Of a DNA stretch of 64,000 bases, positions 10,826 to 19,839 are shown one piece after another. The DNA lies in the sequence record NC_019405.1; one strand, 5' to 3'. The notes under the pieces were generated by a model, which made no database searches, was not told where the DNA came from, and was given only the letters and a program-made list of their open reading frames with translations. Numbering within the stretch: position 1 is the first letter of the stretch; each line of letters starts with the position of its first letter. The translations under genes and the position numbers were made by a program.

Positions 10826-13800
10826 CCGATTACACGCCGATCCTGAAGCTCCCTGAGGTCGCGCCGAACCAAAACCAGAAGGAAGACACGATCAACACCG
10901 CGCTCGCCATCCTGGAGAGCGCGATGAACAACGTGAAGGTCTACACCCTCACCGGCGCGGGGCCGCGCAACCTCACCGAGGACGACTACACGCGCTACTT
11001 CCTGCACCGGTTCTCGGGGCAGACCGCAGCCTATGAGGTCACCGTCCCGGCCGCCCTGCCGCGTTGGTTCGCGGTCGAGAACGCCGGCACGTTCGCCATC
11101 ACCGTGCGTTGCCAGGGGGTCACCGGCGGCCTGCCGTTCGAGGTCCCGCCCGGCAAGATCGGGCTGGCGGTCTCCGATGGCTCGGACGTCCGCACCGTCG
11201 TGCCGCAGTCGGGCATGGGCCTGCTCCAGGACCTCTCGGACGTGTCAGGCGTGCCGACCGACAAGCAGGTCCTGCGCTACGACGCCGCCACCAGCCTGTG
11301 GAAGCCCTCGACCTTCACGATGGCCTTCACCCAACTGACCGACGTGCCGGGCAGCTATTCGGCCCAGCAGGGCAAGCTTGTGGCGGTCAACGCCGCCGGC
11401 ACGGGCCTGGAGTTCGTCACCTCGGCCTCCAACGTCAACGACTTCCTCGATCTCACCGACACGCCCAGTTCCTACGCGGGCGCGGCCGGCAAGACCGTCA
11501 AGGTCTCGTCGGGCGGCACGGGCCTCGTGTTCGGGAGCCCGACCTTCCTGGAGAGCACCGACACCCCGTCCAGCTACAGCGGCGGCGCCAACAAGTTCGT
11601 CCGGGTCAATCCCGGCTCCAGCGCCCTGATCTTCTCGGACGTCAAGCTGACCGACCTCTCGGACGGGCCGGGGACCTATACCGGCTTTGGGGGCATGTTC
11701 CTGCGCGTCAAGAACGACGGTACGGGGTTCGAATTCAACACCGGCTCGGGCGGCCCCGACAATTTCCTCGACCTGACCGACACGCCTGACGCGTACACGG
11801 GTCAGGGAAACAAGGCCGTGCGGGTCAAGTCCGACGTCTCGGGCCTGGAGTTCTATACCCCCAACTTCCTGCTTCTGTCGGACACCCCGGCCGATTATTC
11901 GGGAGCGGCCAACAAGGTCCTGCGCGTCAATGGTGCGGGCAACGCCGTCATCTTCAGCACCTTGGCCTTCCAGGACCTCCAGAACGTCCCGACGGCCCAG
12001 GCCAACAAGTGGCTGCGCTGGAACCCGACGGCTACGGCGCTGATCAACGACACTCCGACTTTCCTGGGTCTGTCGGACACCCCAGCGGCCTATGCCGGCA
12101 ACGAGGGCAAGTACGTCTACGTCAAGGGAGACGGCTCGGGCCTGGGCTTCACCGCGACCTCGGCCAACCTGTCGTTCCTGGAGTTGAACGACACCGTCGA
12201 CACGACCTACGATTCCAAGACCGACATGGTGCCGATCGTCACCATCGTCTCGGGCTCGCCGGTCCTGCAACTGGGCTATTACGCCTTCGCCAAGCTGGCG
12301 GGGGTCAGTCTGTCCTCGCCGACCAACGGGCAAATCCTCGGCTACAACGCCACCTCCGGCCTGTGGACCAACATTGACGCGCCCGAGGGCGGCGGCGGCT
12401 CGATCGGCGTGCCCTCGTATGGGGCGCATCCCTACTGGCGCCTGCTCCTGCATGCCACCGATGGCTCGACCGTCGAGTACGGCATCCAGGAGATCGAGTT
12501 CAAGCATACCAAGACCGGGGCTGATCTGGCCAACGGCGGCACCGCCTCGGCCTCCACGACGGCCGAAGGCTCGCCGGACGGGGCTTTCGACAACACCGTG
12601 GGCGCGGCGTGGTTCTCCTCGACGGCGGCGGATGGCCAGTGGATCAAATACCACTTCACCGCGCCGGTAGATGTGCGCTACCTGACCCTGAAGGGCTCGC
12701 AGTCGCGGCCCAACGGCTCGCCCTCGGCCTTCTCGGTCCAGTACAGCGACGACGACTCGGTCTGGACCACCGCCTGGGAAGTCACGGGGCAGACGGGTTG
12801 GGCGGCGGGCCAGACCCGCGAGTTCCACGCCCCGATCGACCTCTTCTTCACCGATCTCGCCGACGCCCCGCCCAGCTATATCGGACAGGCGGGCAAGGCC
12901 CTGCGCGTCAATACCGGCGAGACGGCGCTGGAGTTCTTCACGCCCGCCACGACGCTCGCGACCATGGGCGATGTCGACTTCACCTTCCCGCCGACCGATG
13001 GGCAGGTCCTGCGCTATGACAATGCGACCGGCAAGTGGAAGCCCTATACCCTGACGTCTGAGGGGCAGAAAGCGGCCTTCCGGGGCGAATGGTCCGCCTC
13101 GGGCGAGAACGTCACCCTGACCTTTGACGCCCTGACCATTCCGAGCGTCCTGTCGCCGGACGCGCCGGGCTGGACGATCGTCGGACAGCCCGACGCCACG
13201 GCCGGCACCACCCAGGCGCTGAAGTCGCGTCCGATCGGCAATAGCGGGCTCTGCTATGTCGAGCAGATCGTCAACTTCGTCGGCGATACGCCGTTCAAGG
13301 TACGCTACAAGGTCTCCTCGGAATCGGTCGACGTCTTCCGCATCCTGGTCGATGGCGCGATCGTACTCACCGACAGCGGCAACAACGGGACGTTCGAAGA
13401 GTTCTCGACCACCCTGTCGGGTACGCACACCATCCGCTACCAGTACAGCAAGGACCCCAGCGTCGCGGTGGGAGACGACTGCGTCTATATCAGCCAGATC
13501 ACCTACAAGAAGACGGCGGACACGCCGTTCATCTATGGTGACACCGTCACCTATTCCGGCAATACCTTCTTCTGCCTGACCGACAACACCACCGAGACGC
13601 CGGGCGTAGGAACCGACTGGTCGATGTTCGGCGGCTCGGGGTCGGGCACTTTTCTGGGCCTCACCGACACCCCGGCCAGCTATTCTGGCCAGTCGCTCAA
13701 GGCCGTGCGGGTCAAGGCCGACGAGACGGGGCTAGAGTTCTACACCGCCGCGACCGGCGGCGGCAGCGGGACGGGCGGCGTCCTGCCCGAGCGCACGCGC

Positions 13801-15060
13801 CTGCATCGCACCACCACCCAGGCGATCCCGTCGGCGACCTGGACCGCTATCCAGTGGGACTCGGAAGTGGAGGACCCGGTCGGGGCCTTCGTGTCGAGCG
13901 CCAATACCCGCATCACCGTCCCGGCCGGCGTCCAGAAGGCGCGGGTGACGGCCTATACGACCTGGAACACCAGCACCACCGGCGCGACGATCGGCTTGGC
14001 GCTGCGCCGCAATGGCGTCGAGATCGGCGCCTCGGGCGGCACCAACATCGCCGCCACCCGGACGGGGTTCGCCGAAAGCCACCTGAACCTCACCTCTGAG
14101 TGGTTCTCGGTCACGCAGGGCGACTACTACGAGGTCTATGTTCTCCAGAACTCCGGCTCCTCCCAGTCTCTGAACGGGCCGGTGTCGAAGTTCGGCGAGC
14201 ACTCCTATGTCCAGTTCGAGTGGGACGTGGGACCGGCGGCCCAGCAGTACGAAGCCCACGCCGCCCACCAGGGCTGGCGCGTGATCGTCACCGAGAGCCA
14301 GACCGACACCTTCGCCACGATGGCGGAACTGAAGTTCTATGATCGGTCCGGAACCCTGGTGCCCACGACCGGCGGCAAGGTCTACGACACCAACTCCCAT
14401 GGGACCTATCCGGCCTCCCAGGCGTTCGACGGCAACACCGCCACCTACTGGTCGTCGTTGCAGCAGACCTCGACCGACCTCCCCGGCGGCCCCGGCTATA
14501 TCTTCGCCTCGGGCGTGGACGTGGGGTCGTTCAAGATCACCACCACCGGCTCGGACTTCAACACCACCAACTCGCCCAAGAACTTCTCGCTGCAATATAC
14601 CGACGACGATGGGGCGTCGTGGAAGACCTACGCGGTCTACACCAACCAGACGGGCTGGGGCGTCAGCGAGGAACGCACCTTCACCGTGCCGGTGGTGGGC
14701 GTGGCGGCGAACGCGCCGGGCGGCGGTGACACCACGGCCGACTTCGGCTCCTTCATCGCCGGCAAGCCCCTGGCCAGCGAGAAGGCGATCCGCTACGTGG
14801 TCGCCACCCCGTTCACGGTCACGACCGGTCTCCACCAGGGCTCGGCCGAGACGGCGGCGACCGCCTCTCGCACGTTCAGCTTCGCCAAGAACGGCGTCGA
14901 GTTCCTTACCGCGACCTTCGCGGCGGCGGGGACGGTCGCCACGTTCTCGGCCAACACCGCCACGAGCTTCGCCGCCGGGGACATCCTGCTGATCACCGCC
15001 CCGTCGACCCAGGACGCCACCCTGGCGGACATCTCCTTCACCCTCAAGGGAATCCGATAG
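10822..15060 (+). CDS. Long tail fibre/receptor-binding protein with repeats and discoidin (F5/8 type C)-like domains
   Basis: 1412 aa; many F.DL.DTP..Y.G...K.V.V...G.GLEF repeats; two domains with AFD(N/G)...(T)W.S and P..F..QY.DD..W motifs. Confidence 0.8.
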   Translation: MTDYTPILKLPEVAPNQNQKEDTINTALAILESAMNNVKVYTLTGAGPRNLTEDDYTRYFLHRFSGQTAAYEVTVPAALPRWFAVENAGTFAITVRCQGVTGGLPFEVPPGKIGLAVSDGSDVRTVVPQSGMGLLQDLSDVSGVPTDKQVLRYDAATSLWKPSTFTMAFTQLTDVPGSYSAQQGKLVAVNAAGTGLEFVTSASNVNDFLDLTDTPSSYAGAAGKTVKVSSGGTGLVFGSPTFLESTDTPSSYSGGANKFVRVNPGSSALIFSDVKLTDLSDGPGTYTGFGGMFLRVKNDGTGFEFNTGSGGPDNFLDLTDTPDAYTGQGNKAVRVKSDVSGLEFYTPNFLLLSDTPADYSGAANKVLRVNGAGNAVIFSTLAFQDLQNVPTAQANKWLRWNPTATALINDTPTFLGLSDTPAAYAGNEGKYVYVKGDGSGLGFTATSANLSFLELNDTVDTTYDSKTDMVPIVTIVSGSPVLQLGYYAFAKLAGVSLSSPTNGQILGYNATSGLWTNIDAPEGGGGSIGVPSYGAHPYWRLLLHATDGSTVEYGIQEIEFKHTKTGADLANGGTASASTTAEGSPDGAFDNTVGAAWFSSTAADGQWIKYHFTAPVDVRYLTLKGSQSRPNGSPSAFSVQYSDDDSVWTTAWEVTGQTGWAAGQTREFHAPIDLFFTDLADAPPSYIGQAGKALRVNTGETALEFFTPATTLATMGDVDFTFPPTDGQVLRYDNATGKWKPYTLTSEGQKAAFRGEWSASGENVTLTFDALTIPSVLSPDAPGWTIVGQPDATAGTTQALKSRPIGNSGLCYVEQIVNFVGDTPFKVRYKVSSESVDVFRILVDGAIVLTDSGNNGTFEEFSTTLSGTHTIRYQYSKDPSVAVGDDCVYISQITYKKTADTPFIYGDTVTYSGNTFFCLTDNTTETPGVGTDWSMFGGSGSGTFLGLTDTPASYSGQSLKAVRVKADETGLEFYTAATGGGSGTGGVLPERTRLHRTTTQAIPSATWTAIQWDSEVEDPVGAFVSSANTRITVPAGVQKARVTAYTTWNTSTTGATIGLALRRNGVEIGASGGTNIAATRTGFAESHLNLTSEWFSVTQGDYYEVYVLQNSGSSQSLNGPVSKFGEHSYVQFEWDVGPAAQQYEAHAAHQGWRVIVTESQTDTFATMAELKFYDRSGTLVPTTGGKVYDTNSHGTYPASQAFDGNTATYWSSLQQTSTDLPGGPGYIFASGVDVGSFKITTTGSDFNTTNSPKNFSLQYTDDDGASWKTYAVYTNQTGWGVSEERTFTVPVVGVAANAPGGGDTTADFGSFIAGKPLASEKAIRYVVATPFTVTTGLHQGSAETAATASRTFSFAKNGVEFLTATFAAAGTVATFSANTATSFAAGDILLITAPSTQDATLADISFTLKGIR

Positions 15061-15270
15061 ATGGCCGATGGGACGGCTCGCGTCACACAGGAGACGGTGG
15101 AGGTCATCTCGACCTCCCCCAAGCCCGTTCGCCTGACCCAGGAGACGGTGGAGGTTATCTCGACCTCGCAGCGTCCCGCCCGTTTGACCCAGGTCACCGT
15201 GGAGGTGATCCGATCGATTGGGATCGTAACGGAACGCCCGCGTCGCCTCATCTTCATGCTCGGAGCCTGA
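15061..15270 (+). CDS. Small tail-associated protein with three tandem R(V/L)TQ(E/V)TVEVI repeats
   Basis: 69-aa ORF abutting both neighbours; the repeat is visible at protein and DNA level. Confidence 0.65.
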   Translation: MADGTARVTQETVEVISTSPKPVRLTQETVEVISTSQRPARLTQVTVEVIRSIGIVTERPRRLIFMLGA

Positions 15271-15271
15271 C

Positions 15272-16360
15272 ATGGCCTATATTTTCGTCGACGGCTGCGA
15301 TAGCGGCAGCGGCTCCACCAATACCCCGATGGCTCAAAAGTGGAGTTGGGCCGTAACCAACACGAGCTACCTCAACTGGGGTGGTACGGGACGCTTCGGC
15401 GGTCAGGCCTACTACGGCGGAGCCACCACACTCAACATCTATGGCGCCGGGAAAGCTTTCCCGCTCACCGGGACGGCGGTGGGCACCGATGAGTTCTTCA
15501 TGGGGTGCAGCCTCTACATGGCCGGCACGGCGAGCGGTGGCTACATCATGGCGTTCCAGAACACGACGCCGGTGCTCGACGGGTCGGTCACCTTCAGCAC
15601 CGGGTCGGCGCCCACCCAGTTGTCGATCCGCCTGACCGGTTCGATGACCCTGGCGATCTATCGAGGCGCGACGCTCCTGGCGACGGGAACCACGGTCCTG
15701 ACGGCGGGCCGGTGGTATCGCATCGAGGCGCGGATTGTGGTCTCCAACACCGGGGTGTTCGATATTCGCCTGAACGGCAATCCCGAGATCACCTTCTCGG
15801 GCGACACTTACGATACGGGCGACCTGGGCGTGCGGCAGTTCTGCATCGTTCCGACCGCCAACACCTCTGCGTCGCTGCGTTTCGACGACATCGTGCTCTA
15901 CAACAGCGCGGCGGTCGAGGGAGAGCCGACGACGTGGCTGGGCGACCTACGGATCGACACCCTGCGACCGACCGCCAACGGCGATGTCGTCAACTCCACG
16001 CCGCTCTCGGGCGCGGCCTATGCGGCGGTCGATGAGGTGGCTATCGATGGCGACACCACCTATACCGAGTCGACCAACATCGGCGACAAGGACCTCTACC
16101 AGCTTGGCGACTTGACCGAAACGCCGCAGACGATCCATGCCGTGGTCGTTACCGCCGTGGCCAAGTCGACGGGTACGACCAATCGGGCGATCAAGCTCAA
16201 GGTCAAGTCGAGCGTCGAGGGCGATAGCGCCGCCAAGACCGTGCCGCTGAGCGCCTATGGAGGCCTGCAAGCGTCGTTCTCTCGCGATCCGGCGACGACG
16301 GCGGCCTGGACCGCGACCGCTGTCAACGGCATGCAGGCTGGCTGGCAGGTCGACACCTGA
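15272..16360 (+). CDS. Virion/tail protein, lectin-like beta-sandwich
   Basis: 362 aa, Thr/Gly/Ala-rich; GRWYRIEARIV...FDIRLNG...FDDIVL pattern typical of concanavalin-like folds; last gene of the tail module. Confidence 0.6.
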   Translation: MAYIFVDGCDSGSGSTNTPMAQKWSWAVTNTSYLNWGGTGRFGGQAYYGGATTLNIYGAGKAFPLTGTAVGTDEFFMGCSLYMAGTASGGYIMAFQNTTPVLDGSVTFSTGSAPTQLSIRLTGSMTLAIYRGATLLATGTTVLTAGRWYRIEARIVVSNTGVFDIRLNGNPEITFSGDTYDTGDLGVRQFCIVPTANTSASLRFDDIVLYNSAAVEGEPTTWLGDLRIDTLRPTANGDVVNSTPLSGAAYAAVDEVAIDGDTTYTESTNIGDKDLYQLGDLTETPQTIHAVVVTAVAKSTGTTNRAIKLKVKSSVEGDSAAKTVPLSAYGGLQASFSRDPATTAAWTATAVNGMQAGWQVDT

Positions 16361-16365
16361 CGAAT

Positions 16366-16404
16366 GTCGTGAATCTTGACATCGGCATATTTCCGGACCA
16401 TAGT
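16366..16404 (+). promoter_or_regulatory. Lysis-cassette promoter with the repeated motif (GTCGTGAATC-TTGACA, 17 bp spacer, CATAGT)
   Basis: Exact motif copy followed by sigma70-like spacing, upstream of the endolysin. Confidence 0.7.
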
Positions 16405-16439
16405 CAAGGTCTTGATTTTCAGCACTTCCGGAATTCCAC

Positions 16440-17081
16440 ATGCGTGTCTCCGACACCGGCCTGAAGCTGATCCAGGCCTGGGAAGGCCTCGGTGACGGGA
16501 ACCCCGCCACGGTCGACCTGGAGCCCTATGTCTGCCCGGCCAAGGTCTGGACGGTCGGTTGGGGGCACGCCCTGAAGACGCCGACCGGTCAGATCATCGA
16601 CGTCGACGTCTTCGGTGCCGCCAGGGCCAAGGTCCTGGCGGCCGAATCCATGCAGCGCAAGTTCGGCAAGGGCGCGATCACCCGTGATCAGGCCGTCGCC
16701 CTGCTGCGCGAGGATGTCACCGGCTTCGAGCGCTCGGTCGACAAGATGATCGGCGCGGCCGGAGCCACCCAGGCCCAGTTCGACGCCCTGGTCTCGTTCG
16801 CCTTCAACTGCGGCTCGGCCAACCTCCAGTCCTCGACCCTCCTGCGCCTGCACAACGCCGGCAAGCGCGCGGTGGGCGACGTGTCGATGTCGGCGCTCTG
16901 CAAGGAGAGCAAGCTCTCCACGCCGATCGGTAACATCGCCGTGGCCTTCTCGCGTTGGAACAAGGTCAACAAGGTCTGGGCGCTGGGACTGTTCCGCCGC
17001 CGGCTGTCCGAGGTCCTGGTCTATGGCGGGCATAATCCCGACGAGGCGGTCAAGGCCGCCCAGGGCTTCAAGGGCTGCTGA
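16440..17081 (+). CDS. Endolysin, GH24 lysozyme
   Basis: IQAWEG...YVCPAKVWTVGWGH (Glu/Cys/Thr catalytic region), QAQFDALVSFAFNCG, and RWNKV...GL.RRR. Confidence 0.92.
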   Translation: MRVSDTGLKLIQAWEGLGDGNPATVDLEPYVCPAKVWTVGWGHALKTPTGQIIDVDVFGAARAKVLAAESMQRKFGKGAITRDQAVALLREDVTGFERSVDKMIGAAGATQAQFDALVSFAFNCGSANLQSSTLLRLHNAGKRAVGDVSMSALCKESKLSTPIGNIAVAFSRWNKVNKVWALGLFRRRLSEVLVYGGHNPDEAVKAAQGFKGC

Positions 17082-17083
17082 TC

Positions 17084-17572
17084 ATGAGCCTGTTCGGTGT
17101 CATCGCCCTGGCCTGGAAGTTCTTCCTCAACCCGGCCGTCATGGGCGTCGTCTTCGCGGCGATCGCCGCCCTGACGGGATTGTGGCTGCTGGGCGGCCCG
17201 GTCCTGTTTTGGAAGGTGGTGCGCGACGCGCGCCTCTGGCTCGTCGTCGCCTGCGCGGCGGTGATCTTCGGCTACGCCCATCTCCAGACCAAGCTCGAAA
17301 AGGCCGAGCAGCGCCTGGAGGAGATCGCCGACCAGAAGCAGGCCCATGACGACGGCCAGGAGGTCGTCAAGAACAACATCAAAAAGCAGGTCAAGCGCGC
17401 CAAGCAGGCGGCCAAGTACCAAGAGGTTATTCACGATGCCCCGACTGGCGAAAAGCTCGACGCGCTCCTCGACGAGTTCGCGCGTGATCAAGGCGGTGCT
17501 GCTCCCGTCCCTGGTGATGCTCAGCCTGACCCTGGCGGCGTGCCAGACCGTCCCGGTCGGGTTCTCCCCTGA
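17084..17572 (+). CDS. Inner-membrane spanin (Rz-like)
   Basis: N-terminal hydrophobic helices followed by a coiled-coil periplasmic region; follows the endolysin and overlaps a lipoprotein gene. Confidence 0.75.
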   Translation: MSLFGVIALAWKFFLNPAVMGVVFAAIAALTGLWLLGGPVLFWKVVRDARLWLVVACAAVIFGYAHLQTKLEKAEQRLEEIADQKQAHDDGQEVVKNNIKKQVKRAKQAAKYQEVIHDAPTGEKLDALLDEFARDQGGAAPVPGDAQPDPGGVPDRPGRVLP

Positions 17573-17825
17573 CGACCTCTATCCCAAGGAACTACGGACC
17601 TGCGCGCCCGCGCCGCAGGTCCCCCCGCGCCCGGCGCCCGGCGCCCCCCGCCCCGAGGACGTCCAGGCCGGCTACGTCAAGGATGACCATCTCGCCGGCG
17701 CCGATTGTCGCGACAAGGTCGAATCCTGGAACGAGCGGGCCGTCAAGTACGAGGCCCAGTACAAGGCCATGAACGCCGGCCCGGTCGGCAAGTTCTTCGG
17801 CAAGCTCAAAGGGCAGAAGCAGTGA
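17436..17825 (+). CDS. Outer-membrane spanin lipoprotein (Rz1-like)
   Basis: Overlaps the Rz-like gene in another frame; lipobox LSLTLAA-C followed by a Pro-rich stretch. The start could be ATG 17436 or GTG 17484. Confidence 0.75.
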   Translation: MPRLAKSSTRSSTSSRVIKAVLLPSLVMLSLTLAACQTVPVGFSPDDLYPKELRTCAPAPQVPPRPAPGAPRPEDVQAGYVKDDHLAGADCRDKVESWNERAVKYEAQYKAMNAGPVGKFFGKLKGQKQ

Positions 17826-18301
17826 CGCCGCCCTGGATCGCCGCGCCGCTGCGGGTCTGCGGGAACTTCTTCCGCTGGGTTCGCCTGACCCTGGACACGC
17901 TCTGCGATCGCCCTGACCACCTCCAGCGCTTGTCGATCATCGGCTCGGGCATGGCGGCCTTCCCGCTGATCATCGGGATCATCGCGATCCTGGTGCATTT
18001 CGGTCTGCACGGGCCGGACAGCGCCGCCGCCCTGGCGACCATCCCGATCATCGGCAACATGGGCTACGGCGCCCTGGCGCTCTACGCCCTCTCCCAGGTG
18101 GCGCTCCTGGGGATCATCAAGGGCGTGCGGCTTTCTGGCCCCGGCGGCGTCAATGTCGAGATCGAGACCACCTCGGGCGATGGTGACGGCCTGTCCGACA
18201 CCCACACCACGATCGTCGAGCGCGGCCGGCGTCACGGCCGCGATCACGATTGTGCTCCCAACCCTCAAGCCGGCTCTGGCGCCGGCGCTATCACGGAGTA
18301 G
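17822..18301 (+). CDS. Putative holin
   Basis: GTG start overlapping the spanin stop; two to three predicted hydrophobic helices and a hydrophilic C-tail; lies in the lysis cassette. Confidence 0.55.
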   Translation: MTPPWIAAPLRVCGNFFRWVRLTLDTLCDRPDHLQRLSIIGSGMAAFPLIIGIIAILVHFGLHGPDSAAALATIPIIGNMGYGALALYALSQVALLGIIKGVRLSGPGGVNVEIETTSGDGDGLSDTHTTIVERGRRHGRDHDCAPNPQAGSGAGAITE

Positions 18302-18306
18302 GGACC

Positions 18307-18480
18307 ATGCGCGAAGGCTTCATGCTGGAAGGCTATGGCGGTCTGAAGATCGGTCCGGGCGGCGGGGCTGACCCGTACACGACCTTGGGCGACGGCGGCT
18401 CGGAAGGCTGCATCCCGGTCAAGGACGACATCGCTCCGGATGGCGGGACCGAGATCATCTCCCCGCACGGCTACGGCTAA
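18307..18480 (+). CDS. Small Gly/Asp-rich hypothetical protein (57 aa)
   Basis: ATG preceded by GGAG; phage-like codon usage; no recognisable family. Confidence 0.5.
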   Translation: MREGFMLEGYGGLKIGPGGGADPYTTLGDGGSEGCIPVKDDIAPDGGTEIISPHGYG

Positions 18481-18503
18481 CACCCTGCGACATAACGTCG
18501 CAT

Positions 18504-18542
18504 GTCATGATCCTTGACAGAACGACGATCTTCGAGTATGGT
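18504..18542 (+). promoter_or_regulatory. Promoter (motif variant GTCATGATCC-TTGACA, 17 bp spacer, TATGGT)
   Basis: TTGACA at 18514-18519 and TATGGT at 18537-18542. Confidence 0.65.
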
Positions 18543-18547
18543 CGCGG

Positions 18548-18840
18548 CTCTTCGACGGCATCCCACCGTCACCTATGGCTCGCGACCCACCGTTCGCAGG
18601 GAGATGCTCGCGACCAAGGCGGTAGCCGGAACGACGCTAGGCTGCAAAGCCAAGCCTCCGGAACACGCAGCAGCCGGCTGGAACGCTAGGCCGTTACGTC
18701 CAAACGGGGCCAGGACCTGTGAGGCGAAAGCCGAAAGGCCCCACCACCCGACAAGGGTTCACGCGTGATGCGGAAGAAGGACGTCAGTCCTGAAGTGTCT
18801 CAGGTGCAGAAGGCCCACCGGTTTCCCGGCGGGCCTTTTT
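18548..18840 (+). ncRNA. Candidate ~290-nt structured ncRNA, family unknown
   Basis: Lies between a promoter and a terminator with no credible ORF; GNRA hairpins GGCT-GCAA-AGCC (18640-18651) and GGC-GAAA-GCC (18723-18732). Confidence 0.45.
18810..18840 (+). terminator. Intrinsic terminator between converging units
   Basis: AAGGCCCACCGG-TTTC-CCGGCGGGCC followed by TTTTT. Confidence 0.8.
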
Positions 18841-18859
18841 CTGGTCTGGGGACAGGGCC

Positions 18860-19660
18860 TTAGTCGACCGCTTCCAGGCGCCGGCGCTTGGGCGCGCTCG
18901 CCGGCAGGGACGGGGCCAGATCGCCGATCTTGCCGACCACCTTGCCGAGGAACACGATCCGCTTGGGATCGACGTCGACATGATCCTTCAAGTCGGCGCT
19001 ATAGACCCGGAACGCGCCACCCTTGGAGGGACGGGTGACGTGCGCGACCTGCATGACCTTGTCCATGCCGTAGACGAACTCGCCGCCGGCGGCGCTGGGC
19101 TCGACATCGCGGCGGACCACCGCCATGTCGCCCGGCTTGAGGCCAGGGGCGAAGTCGTGGATCGGGGCCAGGGCCAGATCGGTCGGCTCGGCCTCGAAGC
19201 GCTCGCGAAGCCAGTCGGGATCGAGGTTCCAGGTCCGGGCGCGCTTGAACTCGCCAAGGCGGCCTTTGAAGGTCACTTCCTCGACCGGGTTGGGCGCGCC
19301 GACCCCGAAGGTGATGTATTCGGGCGTCGTCTTGAGGACGTGGGCGATCTGCTCCAGCACGTCGATGTGCGGCTTGACGCTGTCGGACTCGTACATGATG
19401 TACGCCGTGCGCGCCAGCGGCCGGCGCTCGCCCGCCTGCTTGGGCTCCCAGCCCGGCTTGGTGCTGGTGTCCTTGCGCGAATTGCTCTGTTGGGTCAAGT
19501 AGACCTGCGAGGCCACTTGCTCCTGGGTCATGTCCAGGGCCTTCCGGCAGGCGGTGATCCGCTGCCCGATGGTCTGAGGATGCGCAAGATCGGCATCCTT
19601 GTGGATCAAGGAACGAGCGCGATGGGGCACCATCGGCTTCAGTTCGGCCACGGCTTGCAT
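18860..19660 (-). CDS. XRE-family HTH transcriptional regulator with a degenerate S24-like C-terminal domain
   Basis: IGQRITACRKALDMTQEQVA...YESDSVKPHIDVLEQIAHVLKTTPEYITFG; C-terminal LKPGDMAVV...G.V.G pattern; GGAG RBS. Confidence 0.82.
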   Translation of the reverse strand: MQAVAELKPMVPHRARSLIHKDADLAHPQTIGQRITACRKALDMTQEQVASQVYLTQQSNSRKDTSTKPGWEPKQAGERRPLARTAYIMYESDSVKPHIDVLEQIAHVLKTTPEYITFGVGAPNPVEEVTFKGRLGEFKRARTWNLDPDWLRERFEAEPTDLALAPIHDFAPGLKPGDMAVVRRDVEPSAAGGEFVYGMDKVMQVAHVTRPSKGGAFRVYSADLKDHVDVDPKRIVFLGKVVGKIGDLAPSLPASAPKRRRLEAVD

Positions 19661-19839
19661 TTCGTTCTCCTCCGTCCGTCGGGAACCGCGTCATTCGGTG
19701 TCGGGGTAACACCTGACATTTGCGATGGTTCCACGCCGCAACGTTTCCTTGTCGAAATTGACAAAGAGGGGATGTACACCCTCCTTGGCAACACATCAAG
19801 GCCAGAGATGAAAAAAGTTTGATACTCGACTTTAGGGGG

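Noticed and set aside
18307-18480. Possible lasso-peptide precursor (Thr at -2, then a Gly start)
   Set aside because: The acidic residue is at position 6 rather than 7-9, and no lasso cyclase or peptidase genes are nearby.
18548-18840. RNase P RNA, 6S or group I intron identity for the orphan RNA
   Set aside because: The RNase P P4 signatures (GAGGAAAGUCC and AACAGAA.CGGCUUA) are absent, there is no long 6S-like rod, and no interrupted gene flanks it.
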